A stretch of DNA of 64,000 nucleotides from Octopus bimaculoides (Eukaryota): assembly GCF_001194135.2 (NCBI RefSeq), contig NC_068981.1, forward strand, positions 160,432,722 through 160,496,721. The letters run 5' to 3'. The notes below the pieces were generated by a model that saw only the letters and a program-made list of their open reading frames with translations, searched no databases and was not told the DNA's origin. Positions 12,441 to 26,594 of this stretch are shown in pieces (positions within the stretch are counted from its first letter, which is position 1; every line of letters begins with the position of its first letter). The position numbers and the translations under genes are program-made.

Positions 12441-14084
12441 ATATATATATATATATATATTATGTGCATTTTTGATTGAATCTCCTATGAGTCAACATGG
12501 GATCCCTTGACAATGTAGGCTTCATTTGATGAAGGTATCTTTGGCCCGACAAGTAGCTAGTGGATTACCCCTCATTTGGGCAATTACTACTTCTGAGGTT
12601 CTGCTACCTATGAAACATATGTAACTTGGATTTTATCTACTCCACTCCCTAATTTTTGATTTTTGTACATATATATATGATATATATACCAAAGTAAGCA
12701 CATGAATGTGAAACAAGGTGGAAAAAATAGTACCCGAATACCAGAGGTAGAGTAATATGCTTTATTAAAAAGCAGCGAAAATATCACAAAAACTGTTACT
12801 CAGAGTTTCACATTCCCGTTTGTTGCACAGTTTTGTTCATGTTCATATGTATATACGTATGCCAGATGTTATATGCAGTACAGGCAAAGATTTTGATTTT
12901 GGCCATTTTGTGCATGAATGGGTGTCACAAAGGCACCGTTCACAATATATATGTGTATTGCTTACAGCTATTGTCTTCAAAGGACATCTCACAGCAGTCA
13001 CTTTGCACTTTGCATTTACTGAGAGGCCTCACTGATTCTATGACTTGGAATTTTTATTTCATAATGAAAACTCATATTCTATTAACTGGTCTTCTTTACA
13101 AAGGAAAGAAGTCTTGAGGGAATGTTTTTTTGTTTTTTTTTTGTTATTAAGTAAAATAATTATATACCATTATATTTGTTTTTCTATAATTATTTTTAAT
13201 ATTTAATTGAATTTTAGCTTCAGCATTTAAGCTAATTTTAGCTTTTAATTTTAATATATCAAGAAATTAAATGCTGAAGCTAGAATTAAATTAGATATTA
13301 AAAATAATTACAGAAAAAGGAAATATATTGGTATTTATTAATTTTACTTCAAGAATGAAAAACAATCCCACAAGTCTTCTTTCCTTTGCAATGGAAAAAT
13401 AACACCCAATGAAAAACAAGCATACATTGCATATGTGTGTGCATGCATATATCTAGAGATAGATAGATAATTAGGTGCTCGCGTGCGCGCGCACACACAC
13501 ACTCACACATATGTGCACATGTGTGTGTGTGTGTGCTTTGATACAAGTATTTTCTGACTTATCAGCTTTCAAGTTACAATTTTCTGATCTTATGATACAC
13601 TTCAATAGAGATGAGTATAAGCTGTACAGTGCAATACCTTTCATACACAGGGGAATGCTACTGGCATCACATATTTTCTCACTCTCATTTCCCCACATTA
13701 CTAAATGTTTTTATTTTGCTTCTCAGTTAATTTTGTATGTGTTGTGCGTTAATCCCTGTTGTGCATTAGTGAAGCTAAACAAGTATAAAAGTGAGTAAGT
13801 CTCCTGTTGATAGGGAAAAGAAGAAAAGCAATTGATTTGGGAACAGCATGAAGGATGAAAATTTGTTTCAGTCATTGTACATAATTTGTCTTACTCCCAA
13901 TCAACAATTTCTACTATCTCAAAGGATAAGCACTACAATTGTGATTAGGTGAGGGCGTATGAATTCATTAAATCTGCAATAATCAACAGATGTAGGGAAA
14001 ATGGAAGATATAGAAACATATTTGGTCACATAGATTGTTGAACTGAATTCAAAAAAGAATACCATTTGGTATTTTAAATATGTA

Positions 14085-14490
14085 TGTGCAGGAACAGTTG
14101 CGTCATTAAGAAGTTTGTTTCCCGACCTCATGGGTTTTGTTTCAATCCCACTATATGGCACCTTGGGCATGTGTCTTCTACTTCAGTTCCAGGCTGACCA
14201 AGGCTTTGTGAGTGAATTTTGGTAGAAGAAGCCTGTCATGTGTGTGTTTGTGTGTCCTTGACTTGATATTGAGTGGTAAGCCTAGGAGTAAATGACTGTC
14301 ACTGTCATACAAAGAGTTTTCATTCATTTCCAATATTACATGAAGACATGTCTAGCCATGGGGTAGTGTCATCTTGCTTGGGAACAAGGAGGATACCCAG
14401 CCATAGACTGATCCAAAATCTGCCTCAATAAATTCCATCCAACACAAGCTTGCATTAAAAAGTTAACATAAATATGATGATGATGACGAC
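14085..14490 (+). mobile_element. Family A-headed SINE with an RTE-type tail ending (GAT)n(GAC)n
   Basis: Same architecture as 153-560. Confidence 0.65.
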
Positions 14491-14499
14491 GACGACGAC

Positions 14500-15710
14500 G
14501 AAGCTAAATCAAAGAACTCATTTGAAACATTGAAAGAATGTAACTATTATCTTATTAACGCACAAGCTTTTGTAGTGGGTTGTGGAGGATTTTAGCATTT
14601 AGAAAAGCTTCATAATATTTACAATATAAAAAGTATGTGACAAAATAAGTTCTGATGAAGGTACTGCTGCATTTAGAGCAGTACTGTAAAACAATACTGT
14701 TAGTGTGAAATACTTGCCAGAAGAATATTTTACATTGAAGAAACTGGTTTATATTGGAAGTGTATATTTATTTTGTCATGTAGTAAAATTAATGCCAAGA
14801 CATTTAAGGATCCTGTGAGTCTCTTACTTGAAAGTTTTAACTAGGACCCTATCTTGTCAATTATTGTGAAAACTTGCATGCTTTTGAGAATGCTAGCAAG
14901 CATATGGTACCCATTATCTACTGCCACAACAAGAAAGTGTGGATAACTTAACAAATCTTTCAAGATCGATTCCCACCTCTCTTGTTATCCTCTGGGGCAA
15001 TGCCTTTTCCATTTTGTCTGCCAGTGCCATGAGAAATGTTTCCATAGTGTGAGGGGTAAGATTCTCTGTTGATCCTTCTATTTTGAGTTAAATCACCCTT
15101 TCCTCTACTATTTCAGTTCTTTTTGCACACCTTTCTCTTTCTAAAATTCTGCCTACAGAACACAGACTTGACTTTCTCAGTTCAAAAGCCCCTTCTTTTC
15201 TGGTTTGTTCACTAGGTAAAGAAGAAAACTGCATTAAAAATGTTTATTAATTTAGATTATACTTGTCATCCACTATATCTCAGTAATTTAAAATCCTAAC
15301 ATTCTCGAGCATTTCAAGCCCTTAAACAACCCACTAATCCAGCCCACGAATCAAAGTGGTTGCATACATTTCAAAGCATATTATCAGCAAATAATCTTTG
15401 CCAGATTGTTTGATGCTATGGCACCTCGCTCTGTGATTTTCAGAAAAGGTACGATATTTTGAATGCAATTAGGAACGTTGATAAAGCCTGGGAGTAAGTC
15501 ACAAAAGAATCCATCAGCAGTATCTGAAAACATGTGTTGAAATACTTTCAAATGTACTTCAAAGAGTAAAAATATATATATGTGAATACATTCAAAGGCT
15601 TTCATTCAGACAGTGTTGCAAGTGGCATTCTTGGAAAAATCATAGAGTTTGCACAGCAGCTTGATCAGGAAGTGGGTAGAGATGAAATTGAGCTATTGAT
15701 AGTGGCTCTC
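14500..15710 (+). mobile_element. Tigger/pogo transposase remnant (DDE_1 type), apparently interrupted by a ~250-300 bp insert
   Basis: Decayed motifs in order: YLPEE/IFYIEETGLYWK, CENLHAFENASKHMVPIIYCHNKKVWIT, PLIQPTNQSGCIHFKAYY, YDILNAIRNVDKAWE, FKGF...IIEFAQQLDQEVGRDEIELL. Confidence 0.8.
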
Positions 15711-15825
15711 TATGTGTATGTGTTTGTGTGCATGTTTGTGTGTGTGTGTGTTTATGTATGTATGTTTATATATGTGTGTGTTTGTGTATGTTTATTAGCC
15801 ATAAATATCTTCAATGTTTATTTTC

Positions 15826-15884
15826 ATTCTATCTATCTATTTATCTATCTATCTATCTACCTACCTACCTACCTACCTACCTAC

Positions 15885-15921
<37 letters not shown>

Positions 15922-15955
15922 AGTCTGTCTGGCTGGCTGTCCATCCATCCATCCA
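15826..15955. repeat. (ATCT)n/(ACCT)n/(ATCC)n tetranucleotide array
   Basis: Directly visible. Confidence 0.9.
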
Positions 15956-16316
15956 TATATATATCATCATGATCATCATATTTAATGTCTGTTTCTCATG
16001 CTGGCATGGGTTGGTCAGTTTAATAAGAGTTAGCCAACTGAAAAGCTTCCGGGCTCCATGTCTGTTTTGGCATGGTTTCTATGGCTAGATGCCCCTCTTA
16101 AAGCTAATAACACTGTGTGTATGTGTGTGTGTAGAAGTGCAGCATGGCATAAGTTGTGTTGCGTAGTTGAGAAGTTTGCTTACCAACTACATGACTTCAC
16201 ATTCAATTACAATGCAGTGTAATTGGGCAAGTGTTTTCTAGTATAGTGCTGGACTAAACAAAGCCTTGTGAGTCGATTTGGTAAAAAGAAACAAAAAAAA
16301 CTATAAGAAGCCCATC

Positions 16317-16397
<81 letters not shown>

Positions 16398-16405
16398 TAT
16401 ACACA

Positions 16406-16580
16406 CACAAGGGGTAATGAAAAGTTCCTGGCTTTGAGGTATCACAAAAGGCCTGGTTGAAAGACTGCTGCAATATGTGTGTGAATCTGAGAGGGGAATA
16501 TGCTAAATAAAATCATAATCAACTGATCCCCCTGTTTTTTCTTTTACCCAAAGCCAGGAACTTTTCAGCACTCCCTTGTA
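16406..16580 (+). mobile_element. Second copy of the mariner-derived MITE, slightly shorter
   Basis: CAAGGGGTAATGAAAAGTTCCTGGCTTT ... AAAGCCAGGAACTTTTCAGCACTCCCTTGTA. Aligns with 10311-10518. Confidence 0.75.
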
Positions 16581-16949
16581 ATTATGTGTGTATATATATA
16601 TGTATATAGTATACTGTTTCATGATGGTATGATCAACAAAAAAAGTAACCCATCTGGTGAGAGATAAATATTATTTAACGGATAGAATATATGTTTTTAT
16701 GTGCTACTATTAGTTTCATGTGACGAAAGCATCTCAGACAGTGAGTAAAAGGTGTCATTTACTATAGCCCCAGGCCAACAAAAGCCTTTGATTCATTTAC
16801 AAAGATTATAACACAATAACATTTTTTGTGTTGTTATTCAACCCCAGGATGAGAAAAGAGTCAATTAGCTCAGTTTCCTCTCTATTTTCCCAACCTCTGC
16901 TACAAGAAGTTTCACAGAAAATAATATTATCATTCTCAGAAAAGAGAAT

Positions 16950-17800
16950 CCAAAGCTTGAAATGGAAATTCCTTGTATTGAAATTTTAGCCTATCAAGAT
17001 TTACCATTTGGAGGACACGATGAAATGGAAGAATCAAACAATAAGAGTAATTTTCTGAGTATGTGAAGCTGTAGCAGGATACAATGATTGTTTAAGATTG
17101 CATTTAGACTTCATGAAGAAAAATGCCAACTGCACATTTTCTGGACTTTCAAAACAAGATCATTCAATTGTATACCTGTTACAAGTGAAGGTAAAATTTA
17201 AGCAAAGATCGAAAAAAAACAGTATTTGTTGCTGTTATGTGTAATGAGACAACAGAACATTGAATGAAATCTCAAGATTAAAGGTTTTGCAGTTTGTTGA
17301 TGAGAAAGAAAAGCCTTAAGAAAAGTTTTGGGGATATGTTGATGTCAGTGAAGACAGAAAAACTGCGTTAACAGAAATTCAAACATTTGTTAATGAGTTC
17401 AACTGTGGCCAACATTTCATCACACAAACTTATGATGGAGCAAGTATGATGGTTGGGCATTTGAATGGGGTGCAAGTAAGAATAAAGGAGACTTTTGGTG
17501 TAAATGTCTTATTTGTATATTGTTATGCACATTCACTTAATTTGGTAGCCTCGCAATCAACCTCAAGCATTTGAGAATGTTAAGTATCCATTTTGTCCAA
17601 TAAAATTACTGTTTTCTTGGTATTTTCAACCATATCAGAAAATCCAGAGGATTGGTGCACCTCAGAATTACCACAAGCAAGGGGATTTATTGCAGTCCTA
17701 GATTTTCAGTTTAAAATTTTTCTTTGAAACCATATTGAGTGGCTCAAGAGATTCTGTTTTTGATTCTTCAAAAAAGTTTGCTTGATATTTCAAGCTGTAT
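16950..17800 (+). mobile_element. hAT transposase remnant (ZMYM1/DUF4371-like); a further C-terminal piece lies near 18440-18560
   Basis: LAYQDLPFGGHDE...NN, and ITQTYDGASMMVGHLNGVQVRIKE...LFVYCYAHSLNLV, which includes the hAT CxxH motif. Stops and frameshifts are present. Confidence 0.8.
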
Positions 17801-19075
17801 TTGTGAGGTTAAGAACTTAGAAAAACAATTGGCTGATATTATTGTGATAGGTGTTATAGTTGTATTAATTGTGGTGTGAGATTAAGCTGACTGCATATAT
17901 TACTAGCAGAAGCAGAACTCATGAATATTTAACATTAGATTTATTTAAAGGAAGGCTGAATATGAATATATACATAAAGTATCAAATCCTCACTAGGATA
18001 CAGGGATCAACTTAACTGTGATTGCTCAACCATCAGTTATCTTCAAGATGTGAGATTACTGAATCTTATTGAAGCTTTGTCCTTGATTTGCTTGGTGAGA
18101 GCCAAGTTGTATTCTCTTTGAATGCCATGAAAGCTCTGGTTGATCTGTAGCATTAAATTGCTTAACTGGAGAAAATGGTGTGAACCTCAAGGACACTTGA
18201 GATGATATTCTAACTGGTAGTCTGATCTCCTGCAAGCCAGTTGGTTCAAAAGAAGGGGTGTTTAGGTTAAGACTGCATGCCCCAATTATGGCTCATTCAT
18301 GATAGAGAACTGATAATTTAATGAAAAGAGTTCAAACCCTAGGGCTCACTACTATATCAAGAACAACAAGTTTGAAGAATTTTGCTGCTGGGTTCTGTAT
18401 GGTGTTGCTGAAAAAACCAGAGAAGTGTGGTCAACATCAAACTGTTTTAAGAACTTTGTTTAACAACATTTTGTATGAAGTTATTGTTTACATTGAGCAA
18501 AGATTTAAAACACTCCTGTTTGAAATTACTTTCTTCATTAAAGCAAGTAAATATTTATTTGAGGTGTTCTCAAAGTGAAGAGATATTAAGTAATTTGGTC
18601 TTCACTTCTATCCTTTGAAGAAGATGAGTGCAGAGCATGGTGCTGGTACATTTTATACCAATGTGATTGATGAATTTGCCAAAAGGAAACAAAGAATTGA
18701 ACTGATTTACAAATAAAGTTTAAATAGCTCATTATTTGTAGGTTTTATTATTTTCTCTCGTAACCAATAACAGTCATCATGGCAGACCCATCACCAGGGT
18801 GTTGCTAATGGGATGGGAGGCATCAAGGCCAGTGGAGAGAGGTATCAAGCCTGAAGCATGCCTGTTGGTAGAGGTTAATTTTCTCACATTAAAATTAGTT
18901 CATATCCCATTCACAGATGGAGGTGAATATGGGAGAGGGGGCAAATAGTTTTTGGTGAGAGGGTGAGTAAGGCTCTATTGCCCCACTTTCTGCCTTGGTG
19001 ATTGGCCTGCATCATGAACTGTATGCCCCGGTTTCCAAATCACTCTTTACCACTGGTATATATCTGTGTGTATGT

Positions 19076-19084
<9 letters not shown>

Positions 19085-19108
<24 letters not shown>

Positions 19109-19330
19109 GGTGTATGGCCTAGTGGTTAGGTGTTGCATTCACAATTGCAAGGTTGTGATTTCAGTTCCTGGGCCAAGTGGTGTGTTGTGTTCTTAAGCAA
19201 AACACTCCATCTCACAATGCTCTGCAATAAACTTCAACACTTGGCATGTGCTACACCATACACTTGTTCAGGCAACATTCATCTGGTGGAGGGAGTGATC
19301 TAATGGATAGCACAAACATTTGATCACCAT
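19085..19330 (+). mobile_element. tRNA-headed SINE (family D); a related copy is on the - strand at ~38100-38335
   Basis: The A-box-like TGGCCTAGTGGTTAGG head is mirrored by CTAACCACTAGGCCAC at 38310-38326. Confidence 0.6.
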
Positions 19331-19459
19331 AAATGAATCATTTGTGCAGGTTGTTCAGCAAGAAATTGCTGAACTGTCTTTCTCAGACTACAAGAGACTA
19401 CCATCACATGTATATGCCTTGCTCTTTGCATCTCTCTCTCTGTCTCTCTCTCTCTCTCT

Positions 19460-19497
<38 letters not shown>

Positions 19498-21399
19498 CTG
19501 ATATTGAAGTTGTCCTATATAAAGTGTCCTTTGAGCAAGTGTATAATGTTTTCCTACTTGATAGTTTAGAAACCAGTGAGTAGGTGAAGTGACTGGACAT
19601 TAAGGCAGAATTTATTCAGATCAAAATCTCAAAGTTCTGAGCTTGTGATATGGACTGATGCAAGACCATAACATATGCGAATATATTATAATGTAGGCCT
19701 ATGCTATCCATTTCATTACAGAGAAACAGATGTCAAAGAATTAATGATGATGTATATACATCTGTGGATACACAGTTCCATACATGAATGAGTGAGAGTT
19801 TACTTCAACATCCAGTTTAAATGCTATTAGAGCTGCCTTTACATAGCTTCACTTTACAAAGAAACCATACCACTACTTAGCAGTTAATCCATTACAAAGA
19901 ATGTTATCAAATTTTCTCTGATAAATTCTTCCACGACTTTCCTGATTTAAGAAGTAATCAAAGGTTTGTAAATTGTGCTATCTACTCTCTTTCCTGTATT
20001 CAAAGCCTTTCAGAGTTTTCCTCTGCCAACAACAGTTGCAAGGAAAACGTGGAGTTGGAGAGAAGATCTCATAGGGTTAACACTCAAGCAAGAAAAAATT
20101 GGTTGGACAAAGCATTTAGCAACATGTCTGAGGGAAGAGATTCAGTAAGAGTGACTTGGTAGAGAAGAAAAAAAAATTGCATCATATGTAACTAGGTGTT
20201 ATTAGTGGATTTGGTTGTATACAACTAATTCAGAGTATCAGAGGTCATTGGAGTAGCAATGAAATTGATAAATAGAGGAGACAGTGCATTTGTGGGTCAG
20301 AAAAAGTTATGCATTCATAACTGCATCACAAGACATTGTATAGTTTTACTGACAGTAAGGTCTCTATTTTATACGCTGAACTAATTCTGTAATGGGATAA
20401 GGCTATTTTCTTTGTATAGCAAAAAAAATTATTTTAAATTTTATTAAATCTCTTTTATGATTTTAGTTTTAATTCTTGAAGCATTGCTTTAGTTTATTTA
20501 TATATTTTATATCACAATTTGTGGATAATAGTGGTAGTCATTGTATGTTTCCACTGCATCAATCACTATACAAAAGCAACGAATGAGTGTCTGTAATTCA
20601 GTGCAGAATAAATATATCAAGGGACTTGTCCAGCATCAGTTTTACAATTTTCTCACCAGTGTGTGTATTGTTTGTGTGTATACATCTGTGAAAGACAAAC
20701 ACATACACACACACCTCTATGAAATGGGCTTCACAGTTCAATCTACCAAATTCCACACACAAAGTAGAAGATACCAGAAATTGAATAGAATTATAAAGTG
20801 TCCAGTGTCAGTTTCTATGTTTCTTCAAACTATTTTAATGCTACAGTTTTGAGAAGATTGTATAAGCCATATCAACATTGTGATAAAAGTTCAAATTATT
20901 TGTGAAAATGAAACCTAGAATTGTGTTGTAAGGAAGACCATTTGTGTCAAATAAAGACTGAGTTCTATGAAACAGCAAGTCTGATTACCTTTGCTCCTTT
21001 AGTGATGCACCAGGTAAATTACAGTTCTCTGGCCTCTTCAAATTGGTAAGATTGTAATTTTCCAAATGGGAATAAATTAATATCAATCCAATCTATCTAG
21101 TATCTTCTGTTCTAGCTTTAAGATTCTCTTAACCCATTTAATACCTACCTACATGAGGCTCCTGGTTGTGATACAAACTTACTGTTTAATAGTGATCTAA
21201 AATCACATCTTCAATGAAAATTACAGAGTATTTGGGCTAAATTTGACAGCATAAAAGGAAAAGAAAACACAATGTACCATCTAAAAATAAAAGTATTTTT
21301 AAAATAATCAAAAAATATCAAATATGAGATTATGGTTGGGTAACAGTTTTCTTAAAGTAGCAGCTTTATTATTATTATTATTGTCAATTTCTGATATTG

Positions 21400-22040
21400 G
21401 CACATGACAACCAGGCCACAAAATAGCTCCAGAACCTGGAGCGTGTGTTCTTCACTGTATCCCTAGAATGATCTTTGGACACCTCCTTGATCTTGGCTGC
21501 TAGCTCAGCCTTGGTGTTGCAGACAGAGCAGTTGGTGTCTTTCTCAACCATGCCTCACTCATAGTAATCCATAGAATTACAATCAGAGGAAATAAGGGAT
21601 CAGAAATTGGGGCTGGTGAAGTTATAGAACATCTCTGACAACCACTTCTGACTCTTTCCAGAGGTGTGGAAAAGTACCAAATCCTGCTGCCACATATATG
21701 ACCTTCCAACAGCAACCCTCTCTTACCAGCTATTGACTGCAGTCTCCAATAACTTCACATAGCAGTCTGAATTTAGCCTAAGGCCCTGTTGTAAAATATG
21801 GGGATGAATTCTGGTGGACACAATCAGAATACCTGTTGTGTCCCTTCCTGCTGGCCACAGCCCTGTAGTCTTTGTTGCAGCTGTCCATGTCATGTCTTAC
21901 ATCCTTTACAGTGTTCACAGAGCATTGAGTAGCAATCATCATGTTGGCATTTTGATACTCAGATATTCAGATGGTTTCCAGTCCTCCATATCAGCTAGCT
22001 TTTCCTTAACTACAACTTTAATCTTTATGCTCTCAAACAC
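21400..22040 (-). mobile_element. Tc1/mariner DD37D (maT-type) transposase remnant
   Basis: Minus strand reads YMWQQD-LVLFHTSGKSQKWLSEMFYNFTSPNF*SLISSDCNSM-DYYE*GMVEKDTNCSVCNTKAELAAKIKEV. I count 37 residues between the second and third catalytic D. TGA replaces Trp codons. Confidence 0.8.
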
Positions 22041-25000
22041 GACTGTTTGTTAATTCATCAAGCTGATACTGAAAAAAGAGGCATAAAAAATAATCAGATT
22101 TGACCTAAAAATCTTGTCCCAAACACTAAATTCATAACGGCAAAGTTATTTTACTAAATTCTTTGATATTTCCAGAATTAATTGAAATAAACAAGGTGTT
22201 TCTCAAACAGAAATATGGTGGTAATGAAAGGGTTAAACATTGTGAGCTGCGACATGCCATATCTGCTGGCCTGTGTTTTGTTCATACAACAGTCTTCAGC
22301 TGTTTAATTATTTTCTTTATGGCTGATGGAAGGAGGAAGAGCAGTGCCCAAGACTCTTTTGCAAGACTTCTGAGACTGGTGGGTAGGAAACGGAAGAAAG
22401 TTATTGCAATAGGAAGTAGTGTAGCTTGATCAAGTTATCTCAAACTGGTTACTTAGTCTGCTTAAGGTAAATAGTGGTGATGTTAAACTGGATGAGAAAT
22501 TAAGTCTCACCCACCTCTAAAGAAAAAAATAGAATAACAGGTCTAACCTTATCTTAGCACAGTGTCTGTCTATTCATTTCCATTCACATGTTTTGGGTTA
22601 GTCTGAGGCTTAGGTGCCGTACAGTGAGGTCGTATCCAAAACCATGTAATTGCTATGCAAACATTCTAACTACACTTCTTACTTAGCCTACACCCAATGG
22701 ATAATTAATGTGAATAGTTTCCTTTGTAAGCAGCATTTGGAACTTTTAATTCCCATCCTTTGTTCAACTCTTTTGATTTCAGTTTAAATTTCCAATATGC
22801 ATATAGATGGTCTTAGCTGATACAGTACAGCTTCTCTTCTATAATTACAAAATCTAGAAATTTTTCAGTTTATTATTCATAATACTTCATCATCAGTAGC
22901 ATGCTTGGTAACAGATGGCTTTCTAATGGACAAAATCTCTTTGCTGTCAAAAAAATTCTCGAGTTATTAATCTAGTCACTAATACTAAGCTTTATAAGTG
23001 AAAGAAGTCATTTATTCACCAATACGCTACCCAGAGACACACATATACACACATTTTTGTAGAAGTGATGCTGATTATTTTAGTTCTATATTTCACATAA
23101 ATTTGGAATGTGCGCTGGTTGTGCAACACAGTTTTATTTTATCAAATTTATAGCTTTTCATCATAATTTACATTTTAAGTGCTGGATATCTTTCTATGAT
23201 TTTTCTTAAGTGGGCATAGGGAAGTAATTGTAGTTTAATAGTGTGTGTAGCTTACTGGTTCGACTATTTAGTTATTTATTTATTTATTAATTATTCAGAA
23301 GTCTTATTTTTATTACATGTTTTCATTAACTGTATCTATTTTACACAATTCTCATATTCTAAGAATTTAACAGGTATCATGTGCATTTAAAAAATGTTTA
23401 TATTTCATTAAGTAATGAATCAGTGATTGACAGTTTGACTCACTGCTTTCAATTTAATTGTACAACAGAGCTATTGATCATCAATGCATGCCCATAAAGA
23501 AGTGAACTATTTTGAAGCTTAATAGCTTTCCTTATGTGAAACCCCCTCAATGTAATAGCAGAGTTATCTATTTGTCAACTGCATGACCAAAAGCCACCAC
23601 AGTAATGCATTTTTTAAAGAAGCAACACAATGCCTGTAGGATTTGAATTCCTGTTATAGCTAACCAGTCTTGGGGGTGGGGGGGGTTGTTTTTTTGGTGG
23701 GTGGGGTTTAAACAATTTTGCCATTATTTTTATTCTGATAACCGCTGCCTATCTATAAAATTCAAATCAACTTATCTTAGTCATAACAGTGTTTTCTCTT
23801 TGTAGCAACTGTACTAAAAGTGACAGTTGGTTTAATGATAACTGGTCTGTGAGAGATAAAAAGTATTTTCCTGCTTCTAAAGTACTACTATTAACTGATT
23901 AGAATAAATTATAGATTATTTGAGAAATAATTGTACAAGTTTGATGAATTGCCTCATACTCATGTCAATTGCTATCACGTTTGCCAACTGTCATCTCTAT
24001 AGGTTCAAATTTTGCCAACTATCATCACTACAGGCTTATATGCTTGCCAACTGGCATTAATAAAGGCTCATACATTTTTGATTTTCTTCCCATGACTGTG
24101 GTTTAGAAATATTATCAGTATCATATAAAATTGAATCCATAAACTGAAATTACATGAAAATGTTTGTGTTTATGAATAATTGGGGATTAAGCTTAAGATG
24201 AATCAAAGAATACAAATGTGGACTTGGAAAAGAATAAAATGCAAGCATTAGGAGAGAATTAAGTCCACATCTAGAACTATCAATTATGCTACTGTGTTTA
24301 GCTAATTCTTCTGATTTCAGTTTGGCTCTCGGATTCACAGACAAATCAATTCCTTCTTAATCCGTTCATTCCTTTTATCTGACATAGAACTCTTGTGATA
24401 ATTAATCCAATCTCTAGATTAATCAGCTCAGTACAAGAATATATATTTAGTCTTTCTCTAAGCTAATTCTAGGGATAAACTTTGAAAGAGACCAGAGGTA
24501 TGATAACTGAAAGATCATGTTTTGAGCCTAATGGAGTCTTTCAAATTTGATATCCAAACTACACAAAGTATTTGCTCTCTAGTGTGTTATAGGATAAATT
24601 AGAACAGGAGATGAAATATCTTGAAGTATTTGGTTATGCTTGTTCCTGTTTTGAGTTCAAATCTTCCACAGATCCATTTGACTTTACTCTGTAAAGGATA
24701 TACACTAATCTCTGACTACAGCTATGTTGAATCAGAGCTTAATAATTTGCTCTGTAATGTTATATAACCAGAGATTATTTCATTTTATTTTCGGGCCATA
24801 AAAGCGTAATTGATCATGGAAGCCTAAGTTTGATTTTTCATGGTTTTTAATTTTAGTTTTTTTAATTTTCTCATTGTGTTTCCTTCTGTACATGGCTTTA
24901 CTTAACTTAAAAAGCATGCGTGTGCGTGCGTGCACACACATACATACATGCAATTATACATGCACATACTCACACATACGCACACACACACACACACACA

Positions 25001-25483
25001 CAGAGGCACGTGCACATGTGTGTGTGTGTCTGTGTGTACATGCAAATTCAGGCACAATTATGCAGAAGGTGGAAAGAGTGTTCACTATAAGAGAGTAGAG
25101 TTTATAAATTTATTAAAAGCTAAAAACTTTGCCAAACCATTAACCCTGGTTTTTCATTTCTAGTCTTCAGGCAGTTGTAGGGACTAGAGTAAGAATGGCT
25201 ATTATTTATATATGTATATATATTTATATAGACACACACACACACACACACATTATTTTTCTTGCTTTTATAGAAAAAAAAGAGGGCAAATCCTTCTTAG
25301 GAGAAGTAATTGAGAAACCAAAAAGAAATAAAAATACTGAAACTATATATTCAGAAGTGTGTTCAGAGTAAAATGCTTGAATTTTATGTTGAGCTTTGTT
25401 TTGTGTTTCCTTTGTTTTTCATGCATAGATAGTTATGTTTAATCAACATTGATTGACATTCACATTATCATTATTATTATCAA

Positions 25484-25530
<47 letters not shown>

Positions 25531-26368
25531 CTGGTCTCATTTATTTACCCATCATGTAGTGATTTGTCCATCACTTAATCAATTTCTGATAATGAGTTCG
25601 CTCTTGCAAAGGTACTCATACAAAGAAACTTACATGAATGCATCTTTGTGGACATGCACAAACACGAAGACATCCGAGGATATATGCAAAGTGTAATCAT
25701 GCATGGTTATGAATACCTATATTGTTTATATATATATTAATACGGATTGCATGGATCTATGAGTATGTGCATGCATGCAGACACTATAATGCCATAATGG
25801 GAGCACATATGTGAGCATGTGAGTCTATTCTGCCTGACTATGTATATATGAGAATTTCTTGTGTGTGTGTGTGTGTGTATTGTATGCATATAAGAAAGGC
25901 AATCTGTGCAATTAGATGTACGTGTATATACAAGCATGTAACTTCATACACTTTTATGTGACCATAAGCACATATATATATATGCATATATTATGCAAAT
26001 GTGCATGCATTAAGGAGCATATATAGATACAAGCCTGTCTGTACATATGCACTTGTAAATGTGTGTGATAAGAATAGAAAATACTATAAGGAAAGTTATT
26101 CCCCTTGTACCAATGGCTGAGGGCTTAAATCCTGCTAAAATTTCAAAATTCCACGCACACATACCCCATTGCTTTGTTGCAAAGAAGAGACTTGTATACT
26201 CTCGTATATCAATTTACCTTCTCATATATCAATTTACCGAGGTTGACTTTGCCTTTCATCCTTTCTGGATTGATAAAATAATTACCAGTTGAACATTGGA
26301 GTCTATTTAATTGACTTAGCCTGCTGGCATTGTGCCAAAATTAGAAACTGATATATATATATATGTAT

Positions 26369-26400
<32 letters not shown>

Positions 26401-26594
26401 GTATATATATATGTATATGTATATGTATATATATATCTATATATATATATATACATCTTATAGTAAAAATGGATACATAAGGGTGGAAAATCACAGGAAC
26501 AATACCATATGTCCAACGCACGATACAATATGTGTGTTCAATTCCTTCAAGAATCAATAAATGAATTTATAGTATTCAGTCTCTAAAGTGTCTA

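Noticed and set aside
17850-18430. Possible LINE remnant interrupting the hAT element
   Set aside because: Only vague RTE-like fragments are visible, with no diagnostic motif.
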